Shown here: piece after piece, positions 8,307-17,263 of the stretch
Position numbering within the stretch: the stretch's first letter is position 1
Layout: each line of letters opens with the position of its first letter
Source: Clostridia bacterium
GTDB lineage: Bacteria > Bacillota > Clostridia > Christensenellales > CAG-138
Direction of reading: 5' to 3'
Assembly (NCBI GenBank): GCA_003246365.1
Contig: QKAN01000053.1
Span: 15,842-79,841, forward strand
Length of the DNA: 64,000 bases
The notes under the pieces: model-generated
The model's input: the letters and a program-made list of their open reading frames with translations, nothing else
What the model was told of the DNA's origin: nothing
Databases searched by the model: none
Made by a program: the position numbers and the translations under genes

Positions 8307-9395
8307 ATGTGGAAATGCCAATACTGTGAGAAGATGAATTTCGACGATCAGAAGATTTGCCCTTACTGCAACGCCCCAAATCCGGCTTCTGTCGTTCAAA
8401 AACAATCTTCAGAAAACACGTTCCAGCAGAACGCAAATTCCCAAAACCGTTCCCCAAACGACAGGAATACAACACAACGGGATCAGACCGCCATGTTCTA
8501 TTCTGATCAAAACTCCGGCGGGTACAAAAATAACAAAAAGCATAATTTCCGCACTTTCATGTGGATTGGCGTCGCACTGTTTATCACCGTTTTGCTGATC
8601 ATTGTACTGATTCAGCCAAGAGAAAAAGACGATCAGGCCGCCTCGACAGGCCAGCAGGGCGCAACCGTTAAAGAATCTATCCCCGAAATCGAAAAGACGC
8701 AGGCGCCGCAGCTTGCAACCGCCGCCCCAACCGCAACGCCGGAGCCGGAGCCGACAAACGAGCCCTTCGACGTTCAAGCCGTCATTCCGATCTATCTCGA
8801 TTTCGGACAGATTTACCAATGCAATACCGGCGATTTCGTTCTCCCCTATGACGTTGACGAGGACGATATTACATGGAGCTGCGTGTTGGACGATAGCGGC
8901 ACACAGTGTACCCCAGACGGTCGAATCATTGCGGGAAACATTCAGATTTCTCTCGATCAAAAATACAACGATGCCGTTGTTGTCACGGGAACAATGCCGG
9001 ACGGATCAACCTTGACATATCAAGTGTTGACCGGCAGCGGAACTTCATATGAAAGCACCTGGTCCAGCGGCGGGCGGAACATGAAGCGTTTTTACGGATC
9101 CGTCTTCGTGATATCCCCGATGATCGTTCAATGTTCCGGGTTTTCCATGTACTATGAGTATGAATTAACAAACGGCAAGATCGACACAAATCGTTGGTCC
9201 GTTTGGGTGCGGGAAAACGGAACGGATTGGGTATATATCAAAGATATAACGATGGAAAATCAGGTTGGCGATGTCTATGACATCGAGTTTGATCATCCGA
9301 TCTCGTTTTCCGAAATCGCCGTACAGCCGGAAACGTACAGTAATTATTATGAATACTATCCTGCCTGCGCAGTGGGTTATCTGATCTTTGACTGA
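8307..9395 (+). CDS. zinc-ribbon / TM / Pro-Thr linker protein, function unknown
   Basis: GGAGG 8 nt upstream of ATG 8307. N-terminal CxxC..CxxC ('CQYCEKMNFDDQKICPYC'), one TM (MWIGVALFITVLLIIVLI), a P/T/E-rich linker, and a beta-rich C-terminal domain of about 200 aa. Confidence 0.7.
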   Translation: MWKCQYCEKMNFDDQKICPYCNAPNPASVVQKQSSENTFQQNANSQNRSPNDRNTTQRDQTAMFYSDQNSGGYKNNKKHNFRTFMWIGVALFITVLLIIVLIQPREKDDQAASTGQQGATVKESIPEIEKTQAPQLATAAPTATPEPEPTNEPFDVQAVIPIYLDFGQIYQCNTGDFVLPYDVDEDDITWSCVLDDSGTQCTPDGRIIAGNIQISLDQKYNDAVVVTGTMPDGSTLTYQVLTGSGTSYESTWSSGGRNMKRFYGSVFVISPMIVQCSGFSMYYEYELTNGKIDTNRWSVWVRENGTDWVYIKDITMENQVGDVYDIEFDHPISFSEIAVQPETYSNYYEYYPACAVGYLIFD

Positions 9396-9453
9396 CAAGA
9401 TTTCCGGCATCTAATGGTCTAACATCAAATCAAGCAAAGCACATACAGCAACA

Positions 9454-9485
9454 AAAAAACGGGCAAATGCCCGTTTTTTGTTTTG
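9454..9485. terminator. bidirectional intrinsic terminator
   Basis: AAAAAAACGGGCA-AA-TGCCCGTTTTTTG between convergent genes. Confidence 0.75.
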
Positions 9486-9498
9486 ACTGTTGTGTTTT

Positions 9499-10215
9499 TT
9501 ATCCGAGAATAAATTTGTTGATCTTCTTTTCCTCCGCCTGTGGATTCAGTTTCAATACATGCTGCGTAATCGCTTCGACCGCATCATTTTTCGAAATTGC
9601 CCCCGCTTGCGAAAACAGAGTATCGCCCCAAAACTGCTCCGTGGTGCAGAACACGGTGGAATACCAGCCGTATTCCTCGCCCTTTTGCGAAAGTTTCTGC
9701 TGCCGGCCGCACATGGTTAGATACATGCGCATCTGTAATTCGGTCAACGCGCCGTCAAAGCGGCTTTTATCCGCGGATGAGAATCCCGCAATCTGCTTGA
9801 TGGCGTGCAACGGCAGCGTGCCATATTTCAGCACCGCACCGTAGATTCGCTTTGCCGCGTGGCTCAGCGTGCCGTCGATATATGCGCCGTCAAAATCCGC
9901 CTTTCCCCGGCGCGCTGCCAGAAAATACGGAGCCCATTCTTTCGTGATAAAACCGCTCTTCTTAAAAAACACCTTCCCGTAGGCAATGTCGGTTCGCTCG
10001 TCCAAAACGCGCATGCGCCATTCCCAGGGATCGGTCTCCGGCTCTCCCGTATGCCAGCGCACGGAGGTTTCGTATGGCGGCGCTTCGTTCCAACTCCAGG
10101 GAATTAGCGAAAATATGCCTTCGCTGTTTCCGCCGCCCATGGAAAACCCCGCTTTCAGCAGAGCCGCCGCAAAATCCGCGTAATTTTGAATCGGTTGAAA
10201 GTCCACTCCGTTCAC
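9499..10215 (-). CDS. conserved hypothetical protein (possibly AlkZ-related winged-helix protein)
   Basis: 238-aa ORF with a GTG start and weak RBS, so the start is uncertain. 'TDPWEWRMRVLDE' and the overall length recall proteins annotated as AlkZ-related; this is a low-certainty memory match. Confidence 0.55.
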   Translation of the reverse strand: MNGVDFQPIQNYADFAAALLKAGFSMGGGNSEGIFSLIPWSWNEAPPYETSVRWHTGEPETDPWEWRMRVLDERTDIAYGKVFFKKSGFITKEWAPYFLAARRGKADFDGAYIDGTLSHAAKRIYGAVLKYGTLPLHAIKQIAGFSSADKSRFDGALTELQMRMYLTMCGRQQKLSQKGEEYGWYSTVFCTTEQFWGDTLFSQAGAISKNDAVEAITQHVLKLNPQAEEKKINKFILG

Positions 10216-10270
10216 CCCGTTTTTTATGTTCAGTATAGCAGACGAATCGAGAAGCGAACAGATGTTTTTA

Positions 10271-10708
10271 TTAAATCTTCTTTGTATTCGGCGAAACGCG
10301 CAAACAAATCAGGTTTTTTACATCCTCTAATATCTCCGAATCAGTCACGCGAATCATGAGCCATCTTGCTCCGTTGAAAACACCGGTTTTTGCATATAAT
10401 GTGCGCAGATATTCCGAACACGCCGGCAGCAACAATTCCGCTCTGGTCGCCTCCTTTGCGCCGATGGTGACAAGCGCGGTAAACGCACCTTCGTCCGGAT
10501 ATAGTGTGCAGAGCGCACGCCCGCTCTTTTTGTATTTTACATTCCAACCCGGCGCGGCGCTGCAGGTGCTGTGTTCCACCTTCGGTCCTATTCCGTATGC
10601 ATGTTCCACCCAATCACAGAGTTCCTTCCAAAGCGGACTGTCGATGAATTCCTCGATTTCTCCGATCGTTGGCTGCTTCGTCTTCGGATAGCATTCAAAC
10701 CAGTTCAT
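10271..10708 (-). CDS. DUF3788-like protein
   Basis: Start at ATG 10708 (MNWFECYP..), overlapping the upstream stop as ATGA. 'GWNVKYKKSGRALCTLYPDEGAFTALV' is typical of DUF3788. The track's N-terminal extension is rejected. Confidence 0.65.
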   Translation of the reverse strand: MNWFECYPKTKQPTIGEIEEFIDSPLWKELCDWVEHAYGIGPKVEHSTCSAAPGWNVKYKKSGRALCTLYPDEGAFTALVTIGAKEATRAELLLPACSEYLRTLYAKTGVFNGARWLMIRVTDSEILEDVKNLICLRVSPNTKKI

Positions 10709-11136
10709 TCGCGCGTCCTCCCTTTCCCGATTGGATATTGCCGCCCGCAACCGCTGCAGCAGCCAAAGTGCAAATCGATCAGATGCCCGCAATCCGGACA
10801 GGTATACGCCTCAATCTGAGCGCGCAGAAAACGTTCTGTTCCGTCGCGGCGAATTGCTTCCGCATCCGTGTCCAGATCCACGCCATATCCTTCGCGATAT
10901 CTTTTAGCAAACGCTTTCATCCGTTTGCAAGGGCGCTGCGCGCAGTCCGCACATGTATGATAACCGTGTTCGAATACGCAATCGCTCATCACACACTTTC
11001 GCCGGTACTCGTCCGGTTCGCTCAAACGAGCGCGACAACCGGGGCATGGATTTTTGCGAAGGTGTCGCGAACAAAGCAGGCAATTTAGCCCGCACGGCGC
11101 GAACAGACTTTGATCGATGGTTTCCGGCGCTTTCAT
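10705..11136 (-). CDS. DUF3795-like Cys-rich protein
   Basis: 143 aa with AAGGAG 7 nt upstream. Multiple CxxC pairs (CGLNCLLC, CPGC, CADC, CPDC, CCSGC). Confidence 0.65.
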   Translation of the reverse strand: MKAPETIDQSLFAPCGLNCLLCSRHLRKNPCPGCRARLSEPDEYRRKCVMSDCVFEHGYHTCADCAQRPCKRMKAFAKRYREGYGVDLDTDAEAIRRDGTERFLRAQIEAYTCPDCGHLIDLHFGCCSGCGRQYPIGKGRTRE

Positions 11137-11195
11137 CCGGCGCTCCTTTCAGCGTTTCATGCAACGATAATTCAAAAATCTCCCGTACGAACAAT

Positions 11196-12101
11196 CTATT
11201 TCTTATGATGCTCCCAAATCGCCTTTGCATAGTCGGCGATGGATTCCCGCAGCGTTTCCGGTTCCAAAATCTCAACATCCGTACCAAATGAAAGTAGGTA
11301 GCTGACACCCCAGCCATCCTTTGGCAACTGTGCACGAACGATCAGGCTGCCGTCGCTTTCTTTCGCAATCGTCGTTCGGTCAAACTCGTCATACACACGA
11401 AACGCAGCCGAAGGCGAGAAGCGCAGCACAAGCGGAGCAAATTGCACCGGATTCGGATATTCGATTTCAATTGGCGGCGGCTCGTCCGGCAAACGATCAA
11501 ATTGCTCGTCCAGCAACGTTAATTCGACGATGCGATTCACCTTAAAGAGGCGAAAATCCTCCGCCATTCGGCAAAATGCGTGCAGATACCAGCCTTTGTC
11601 CTTAAAGATAAGTTTGATCGGAAGAATCATGCGGCGGTTTGTCTCTCCGCTGCTGGAACAATAGACAATCTCCAACGCGCGCCGCCCGATGAGCGCGGTC
11701 TTGAGTTGCTCAAACCGCTCGCTGTCCGTTCTCGCAAGTCCCCAACGGGAAAAGTCGACTTCGATCCAGTTTGCATTCTGTTTTTGAAAGAGCCCGCCGA
11801 GTTTATTGAGCAGCGCATCAACCGGTTGGTCGACCGCGCGCAGACTCTGAATGGCATAGAGAATCTGGTTTTGCTCCTCATCCGAAAACAAGGCCTTATC
11901 GAATGCGTAATTCGGCATCAACGCGACACCGCCGTTTTTTCCCTGTGTGGCGTAAACGGGGATACCCGCCATGGAGAGCGCCTCGATATCGCGATAGATC
12001 GTTCGCGTGGATACTTCCAGCGCGCGCGCAAGTTGCGGCGCGGTCATCGCGCCTTTTTCAAGAAGCAGATAAACGATTTGGAACAGTCGGTTGTTTTTCA
12101 T
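11196..12101 (-). CDS. YafY-family transcriptional regulator (HTH + WYL domain)
   Basis: N-terminal HTH 'MTAPQLARALEVSTRTIYRDIEALSMAGIPV'; WYL core 'KGWYLHAFCRMAEDFRLFKVNRI'. Confidence 0.85.
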   Translation of the reverse strand: MKNNRLFQIVYLLLEKGAMTAPQLARALEVSTRTIYRDIEALSMAGIPVYATQGKNGGVALMPNYAFDKALFSDEEQNQILYAIQSLRAVDQPVDALLNKLGGLFQKQNANWIEVDFSRWGLARTDSERFEQLKTALIGRRALEIVYCSSSGETNRRMILPIKLIFKDKGWYLHAFCRMAEDFRLFKVNRIVELTLLDEQFDRLPDEPPPIEIEYPNPVQFAPLVLRFSPSAAFRVYDEFDRTTIAKESDGSLIVRAQLPKDGWGVSYLLSFGTDVEILEPETLRESIADYAKAIWEHHKK

Positions 12102-12159
12102 CTTTGCTAGTCTTTGTTTCTCTTTATCCGAAATATCTGTTTGGGATAGTTTCAGTATA

Positions 12160-12192
12160 AAACAAAAAACCTGACAAGTGAATGTCAGGTTT
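12160..12192 (-). terminator. intrinsic terminator
   Basis: Minus strand: AACCTGACA-TTCACT-TGTCAGGTT followed by TTTTTGTTTT. Confidence 0.7.
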
Positions 12193-12208
12193 AATCGATC
12201 TACTTGAT

Positions 12209-12733
12209 TTATTTTGCTACCTTTACCCGATCGGCAGGAAGATACTTTTTGAATATTGCGCGCAGCGCGTTGATTTCGCCGTCGTTCTTAATCTGTGCTT
12301 TCGGAATGACCGCCGTGTGATTTTCCTCCGCCGTGAGATAAAACGCATGGCGCGTTTCTTTCGCGAGTAAAATCTGCTGCCACTGAAAAAAGGTGTCTCC
12401 GCGTTCGCTCTTCGCGTGAATGCCGGTTTGATCGACGATATACTGCACCGTAAAGTCCGACATGCGGCCTTGCCGGTAGAGTCCGTTGACGCGCATCACA
12501 ACCGAAATCATATTGATCGCTACAATCAGCACAACGCCCGCGGCAGCGATTAAAAGTGCGCTTGAAAGCGCACTGGCGACCGTAACGCGGAGCGAATAGC
12601 GCACCAGCGTTATGAGCACGGCAAGCGCGACAAACGTTACAACCGCAACGCCGACAAGCGCCCTTTGAATGCGAAAATAATTATATTGGATATTGTCTTT
12701 TTTCGTGATGGTAAACGTTCCGGAAAACGACAT
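12209..12733 (-). CDS. YcxB-like membrane protein
   Basis: 174 aa. 'FTITKKDNIQYNYF', two TM helices, and a C-terminal 'GIHAKSERGD..FYLTAEENHTAVIPK' domain. Paralog of the next gene. Confidence 0.7.
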   Translation of the reverse strand: MSFSGTFTITKKDNIQYNYFRIQRALVGVAVVTFVALAVLITLVRYSLRVTVASALSSALLIAAAGVVLIVAINMISVVMRVNGLYRQGRMSDFTVQYIVDQTGIHAKSERGDTFFQWQQILLAKETRHAFYLTAEENHTAVIPKAQIKNDGEINALRAIFKKYLPADRVKVAK

Positions 12734-12755
12734 TCGCTGTCCTCCCGTCGTAAAT

Positions 12756-13286
12756 TTATGTGCGTTTGATTTTTAAGCGTGTCTTTTCCATGTTTTTTTC
12801 CAGCAATGCGCGGAACGCTTCAATTTCTTTTAGACTTGAAAATTGATCCTTGGGCATGACGTTGGCATGCGAATCCGTTATAAAAATATAAAACGCGTTT
12901 CTGGTTTCGCGTATCTCGACAATGCGGTTCCAGGGCAAATCGGAATCTCCGCGTTCCGAGGTAGCGTGAATCCCGTCTTTATTTGCCGCAAACGTAACGG
13001 CAAAGTCCATGATTTTCTTTTGTTTATAAAAGCTGTTGATGCGCACAATTGTGGTTACGACATTGATACCGATAAGAACCGCCGTTCCCAGCAACGCCAT
13101 CAGAAAACCGTTTAAAATTGCCGTTGAAAGCGCGGCGCTCTGCGCATATTTCAGGAAGGCGACCATCGCAAAGATGATGACAAACACGAGTATGCCGGTT
13201 GCAACGAGTTTTTTCTTCATCAAAAAGAAATTGAACCGCAGGTTGTCTTTTTTCGTAATCGTAAAAGATTCGGAGAATTGCGTCAT
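12756..13286 (-). CDS. YcxB-like membrane protein (tandem paralog)
   Basis: Start moved to ATG 13286 (AAGGAG 9 nt upstream; MTQFSESFTITKKDN..). Same architecture as 12209..12733. Confidence 0.7.
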   Translation of the reverse strand: MTQFSESFTITKKDNLRFNFFLMKKKLVATGILVFVIIFAMVAFLKYAQSAALSTAILNGFLMALLGTAVLIGINVVTTIVRINSFYKQKKIMDFAVTFAANKDGIHATSERGDSDLPWNRIVEIRETRNAFYIFITDSHANVMPKDQFSSLKEIEAFRALLEKNMEKTRLKIKRT

Positions 13287-13360
13287 ATCAGAAATGCTCC
13301 TTATTACGGATGCACCCATTATACCCTGCGCATAGGATACCTGTCAAAATCTTGTCTTTG

Positions 13361-13400
13361 GAAAAAGTACTCCCCGCGAGCAGTTGTAACCCGCGGGGAG
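13361..13400 (-). terminator. intrinsic terminator of exporter operon
   Basis: Minus strand: CTCCCCGCGGG..CGCGGGGAG followed by TACTTTTTCC. Confidence 0.65.
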
Positions 13401-13447
13401 CGATGGGGGGGGACATCCGCTGCCGAAGCTGCGGAAGCTATAAATCG

Positions 13448-14602
13448 TCAGTTTCTCTGCAATGCTTCGATTGGCGTAAGCTTGCTGGCTTTTGCCGCCG
13501 GATAGCTGCCAAACGCAATACCGATGATCATGCAGAATACCAGTGCGCTGATTGCCGCGCGCCATTCCATGGTGATTGTCATATCCGCTACGATCGCGAA
13601 GATGCGCAATCCCAGCGCGGAGAGACCAAGTCCGATCAGACCGCCGAGGATGGAAAGCACGCAAGCCTCGATGAGAAACTGCATCATGATGTGGCTTCTG
13701 CGCGCGCCGATGGCTTTGCGGATGCCGATTTCACGCGTGCGCTCCGCAACGGAGACGAGCATGATGTTCATGATGCCGATACCGCCGACGAGCAGGGAGA
13801 TTGCCGCGATACCGCCAAGCATCAGCGACAGGGTGCTCATAACGTCGTCCATGGTTTCCAGCAACTCGCTCATGTTATAAACGGTATACGAATCTTCGTC
13901 TCCTGTGAGCGAGAGCATCTGATACTCCGTGAGCGCCTGCGCCATGTCGACATCGTTCGTAGACGCGGCTTTGACATACGCGGTGGTAATCGCCGTGCTG
14001 TCCGAAATTCTCTGCGCGGTTGTCAGCGGAATCAGAATTTCGGTATCCGTACTGGAGTCCGTTTCCGTCAGCAGGCCGACAATCGTAAACGTATGCCCGC
14101 TCATCGTGAAGGTTTCGCCCAGAACGTCGTAGCTTTCGAACAAATCTCCCGCAACGCTTGTGCCGATTACGGCGGTATAGGTACGCCATTCCAAATCGGA
14201 TGCAACAATCGAGCGGCCGGATTCCAGTTCAACCCCCGCGATGTCCATATATTCGCCGGTCACGCCGATTGCGGAGACGCTTGTGTAAGTATCGCCGCTG
14301 CGCGCGGTGGAGCTAACGGTTAGATAAGGCGCGACACCGGAGATCGAATCATATTGCTCCAAATCGAGGTAATCGTCTACGTCGAGATCAATGTCCTCAT
14401 CCGTCACGGTGACGGTCAGCAAATCCGAACCCATCGAGGCGATTGCCGAGGAGATGGAGCTCGTCGTACTCTGCGCAATGGACACAAGCACGATAACGCT
14501 CATCACGCCGATGATAATGCCCAGCATCGTTAAGAACGACCGCATTTTATTCGCGAGCGTCGAGCGAACCGCGAGGCGGAGGGAGTTAAAGAACATGGTC
14601 AT
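13448..14602 (-). CDS. ABC transporter permease, MacB/FtsX family
   Basis: 384 aa. N-terminal TM, a large extracytoplasmic domain, and three C-terminal TMs with 'RTREIGIRKAIGARRSHI'. Start overlaps the ATPase stop. Confidence 0.85.
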   Translation of the reverse strand: MTMFFNSLRLAVRSTLANKMRSFLTMLGIIIGVMSVIVLVSIAQSTTSSISSAIASMGSDLLTVTVTDEDIDLDVDDYLDLEQYDSISGVAPYLTVSSTARSGDTYTSVSAIGVTGEYMDIAGVELESGRSIVASDLEWRTYTAVIGTSVAGDLFESYDVLGETFTMSGHTFTIVGLLTETDSSTDTEILIPLTTAQRISDSTAITTAYVKAASTNDVDMAQALTEYQMLSLTGDEDSYTVYNMSELLETMDDVMSTLSLMLGGIAAISLLVGGIGIMNIMLVSVAERTREIGIRKAIGARRSHIMMQFLIEACVLSILGGLIGLGLSALGLRIFAIVADMTITMEWRAAISALVFCMIIGIAFGSYPAAKASKLTPIEALQRN

Positions 14603-15285
14603 GCTATTCCCGCCTCCTCTGCCGTGTTAAACAATCTGCCATCGCGCACATATACGGTGCGCTGAGATTGCCTTGCGATGTCATCATTGTGCGTAATCAG
14701 CACAATGGTATACTCCTGCTCGGACAGTCTGTGCAGAAGGTTCATAATGTCGTTTCCGCTCTTACTGTCAAGGTTTCCTGTCGGTTCGTCCGCGAGGATG
14801 ACCCGCGAGTCGCTGGCCAGAGCGCGCGCAATTGCAACGCGCTGTTGCTGGCCGCCGGAAAGCTGCGACGGGCGGTGCTGCATACGGTTGCCGAGGCCGA
14901 CGCGATCCAGCGCGGCTTTGGCGCGCTCGATGCGCTCCTTCTGCGAGCATTTCTGATAGATCAACGGAAGTTCGACGTTTTCCAGCGCGCTCATCGAGGT
15001 CAGCAGGTTGAACTGCTGGAAAACGAAACCGATCTTCTCGCTGCGAATCAGCGAGAGTTCCTTGTCCGTGCATTCCGCAATGTTAACGCCGTCCAATATA
15101 TAACGCCCGGAATCCGGTGTGTCCAGACAGCCCATAACGTTCATCAGCGTCGTTTTTCCCGAACCGGAAGGGCCGCAGATTGCGACAAATTCCTTGGGAC
15201 GAACGTGCAGCGTGGCATCGTCCAGAGCGTGTACTATTTCGTCTCCTACATAGTAGGTTCTAAATATGTGTTCGAGTAGCAGCAT
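14599..15285 (-). CDS. ABC transporter ATP-binding protein (MacB/LolD-like)
   Basis: Walker [10 protein letters not shown], signature [15 protein letters not shown], Walker B ILADEPT. Start is ATG 15285 (AAGGAG 6 nt upstream). Confidence 0.9.
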   Translation of the reverse strand: MLLLEHIFRTYYVGDEIVHALDDATLHVRPKEFVAICGPSGSGKTTLMNVMGCLDTPDSGRYILDGVNIAECTDKELSLIRSEKIGFVFQQFNLLTSMSALENVELPLIYQKCSQKERIERAKAALDRVGLGNRMQHRPSQLSGGQQQRVAIARALASDSRVILADEPTGNLDSKSGNDIMNLLHRLSEQEYTIVLITHNDDIARQSQRTVYVRDGRLFNTAEEAGIA

Positions 15286-15349
15286 GACGCGCTCCTTTCC
15301 CACGAACGTGTGATTTCATTCGTTTCAGTTGCAGCATGATGCGTGCTCC

Positions 15350-17017
15350 TTAATTTCCGCCCTGCGGTCCGCCATAATTGCCACCGCCGCCCATATCACT
15401 CGGAGGCGAGAAGCTGCCGCTGGAATCGCCGCCCATCATGCCGCTTTGTCCGCCCATGGTGAAGGTTGTGGTCGTATCTTCGCTTTCGCTATATGTCGCC
15501 GTGCTTGTCACCTGCGGCACCCAGATTACGTCGCCCGCGGCAAGACCATCTGCTGTAATTACGATATAGGATCCGTCCGACATGCCCGTTGTTACCGTGA
15601 CCTTTGTCAGGCTGTCAAGATCCAGTTCATTTTCGCCGAGAACTGTACCTGCCGTTACGTCGTCGCCAGCCAGGTAGACATATGCGGTATCTCCGTCATA
15701 CTGCACCGCAGAAACGGACACGATCATAGAATCGCCTGTGGTTTCCGTGATGATCTCCGCCGAAACGCTCATGCCGGGATATGCCCCTTCAATGGGTTCG
15801 GTGGTGATGGTGGCGGTAAAGCTCGTTACATAGCTGCCGCTGCCGGAGTAAGAAATATTGGTTACCGTTCCGGTGAATTCGCCGTCGATTGCGTCGAGCG
15901 TGATCGTTGCGTTCTGTCCGATTGCAACGCTGGCAATATCCAGTTCGTCGATGGACAGGTCAAGCGAGAACCCTTCCGTACCGGTTAAGGTGCAGACCGT
16001 CGTTCCGGAAGTTACCGTTTCACCAACTTCAACCGCGAGCGAGGTAAGCGTGCAGTCCACATCCGCTTTCACCGTAAGCTGATCTTCCAAATCCGCGATT
16101 TCGGTCAGAAGTTCCGCTTCGGTTTCTTTCAACGCGGTATAGGTAGACGTCGGTGCGCCTTTTGCAAGCGTAAACACCGTGGAGTACTTGCTGATCTTCT
16201 GGTTATCCTTTACCGCGATGGTCGCGATTTTACCGGAAGCTGCGGTGACTTCTACATATTCGTTCACGGTCATGTCGCCGGTGCCGAGTGTTGTGCCGCT
16301 TTCGTTGAGTACGGTTGCGCTCGTGCCAACGGGATAGTAGTTATCGTCAAATACGATGGTGGCTGTGCCGTCGCTGATTTTGGTAATATAGCCGTCCTGC
16401 TCATCTTCGCCGACAACAACGGTAACCGCATCATACTGTGTCATTCCGTCGACCGCGGGGATGCTAACCTGCATCTTGCCGTCCGTTGCGATGAGGCAGA
16501 GATATTCCATATCGTCAACAATCGATCCGACCGACGCCTGAATGTCTTTGATGATGCCGCTCTTGCTTGCCGTAACTTTCAGGTTTGACAGCAGCTGCGT
16601 TGCGGTCGCCAGGGATGCGCGTGTGTCGGTGAGCTCGTCTTGCAGATCGCTCAGATCGCTTTCCACATCCGCGGAGGTCATCGTCATAACGACATCGCCT
16701 GCCTGAATGGTATCGCCAGGCGCAAAATTAATCGCGGTCACTGTGGACTCAGCCGTTGTAGTTACGCTCTGGCTTTCCAGCGCGGCAAGCGTACCGCTTC
16801 CACTGATCGTGGTGCTGATAACGCCGCTTGAAACCGAGGTAGCCGAGTAGCTCGTCGTGCTGGTCGTGCTGCCTTCTTGATTCAGAGCGTTAAATCCAAT
16901 GATCCCGCCAACGACGAGAGCAATAACCACGACGCCGATAATAATAAGATTGCGTACGCGTTTCTGTTTTTTCTTCTTCTTCTTGGAAGAGTTAAACGAA
17001 GTATCGATAGATTCCAT
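15350..17017 (-). CDS. HlyD-family periplasmic-adaptor (membrane fusion) protein
   Basis: Lys-rich N-terminus, one TM (LIIIGVVVIALVVGGIIGF), coiled-coil and beta-barrel-like segments, and a Gly-rich tail (..GGGGNYGGPQGGN). Start set at ATG 17017; uncertain, as ATG 17041 is an alternative. Confidence 0.75.
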   Translation of the reverse strand: MESIDTSFNSSKKKKKKQKRVRNLIIIGVVVIALVVGGIIGFNALNQEGSTTSTTSYSATSVSSGVISTTISGSGTLAALESQSVTTTAESTVTAINFAPGDTIQAGDVVMTMTSADVESDLSDLQDELTDTRASLATATQLLSNLKVTASKSGIIKDIQASVGSIVDDMEYLCLIATDGKMQVSIPAVDGMTQYDAVTVVVGEDEQDGYITKISDGTATIVFDDNYYPVGTSATVLNESGTTLGTGDMTVNEYVEVTAASGKIATIAVKDNQKISKYSTVFTLAKGAPTSTYTALKETEAELLTEIADLEDQLTVKADVDCTLTSLAVEVGETVTSGTTVCTLTGTEGFSLDLSIDELDIASVAIGQNATITLDAIDGEFTGTVTNISYSGSGSYVTSFTATITTEPIEGAYPGMSVSAEIITETTGDSMIVSVSAVQYDGDTAYVYLAGDDVTAGTVLGENELDLDSLTKVTVTTGMSDGSYIVITADGLAAGDVIWVPQVTSTATYSESEDTTTTFTMGGQSGMMGGDSSGSFSPPSDMGGGGNYGGPQGGN

Positions 17018-17263
17018 AAGGTTAATCGCCTCCAAATTCATTCGCCTTTGATCATATTTGGAGCTTGTGGCACAAGCATGGCATAGTTCGATTGAAATTA
17101 TGTAGATTTTCGACACAAGTCGACGAATTTGCGGAACATAAAAATCACGATAAAGCGTTGCCTTTGCGCCAATATTCTGTCAATATCGCTTTCTATGATA
17201 AAGGAAACGGATTATATAACCGCGCGAATGTTCTGCGCGGACGAAAACAGGGAGAATGGACGA

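Noticed and set aside
16964-16984. (CTT)n / A-run tract encoding the poly-Lys N-terminus of the HlyD-like adaptor, considered as a phase-variation tract.
   Set aside because: The trinucleotide periodicity keeps the frame on slippage, and the homopolymer run is short. There is no evidence of a switch.
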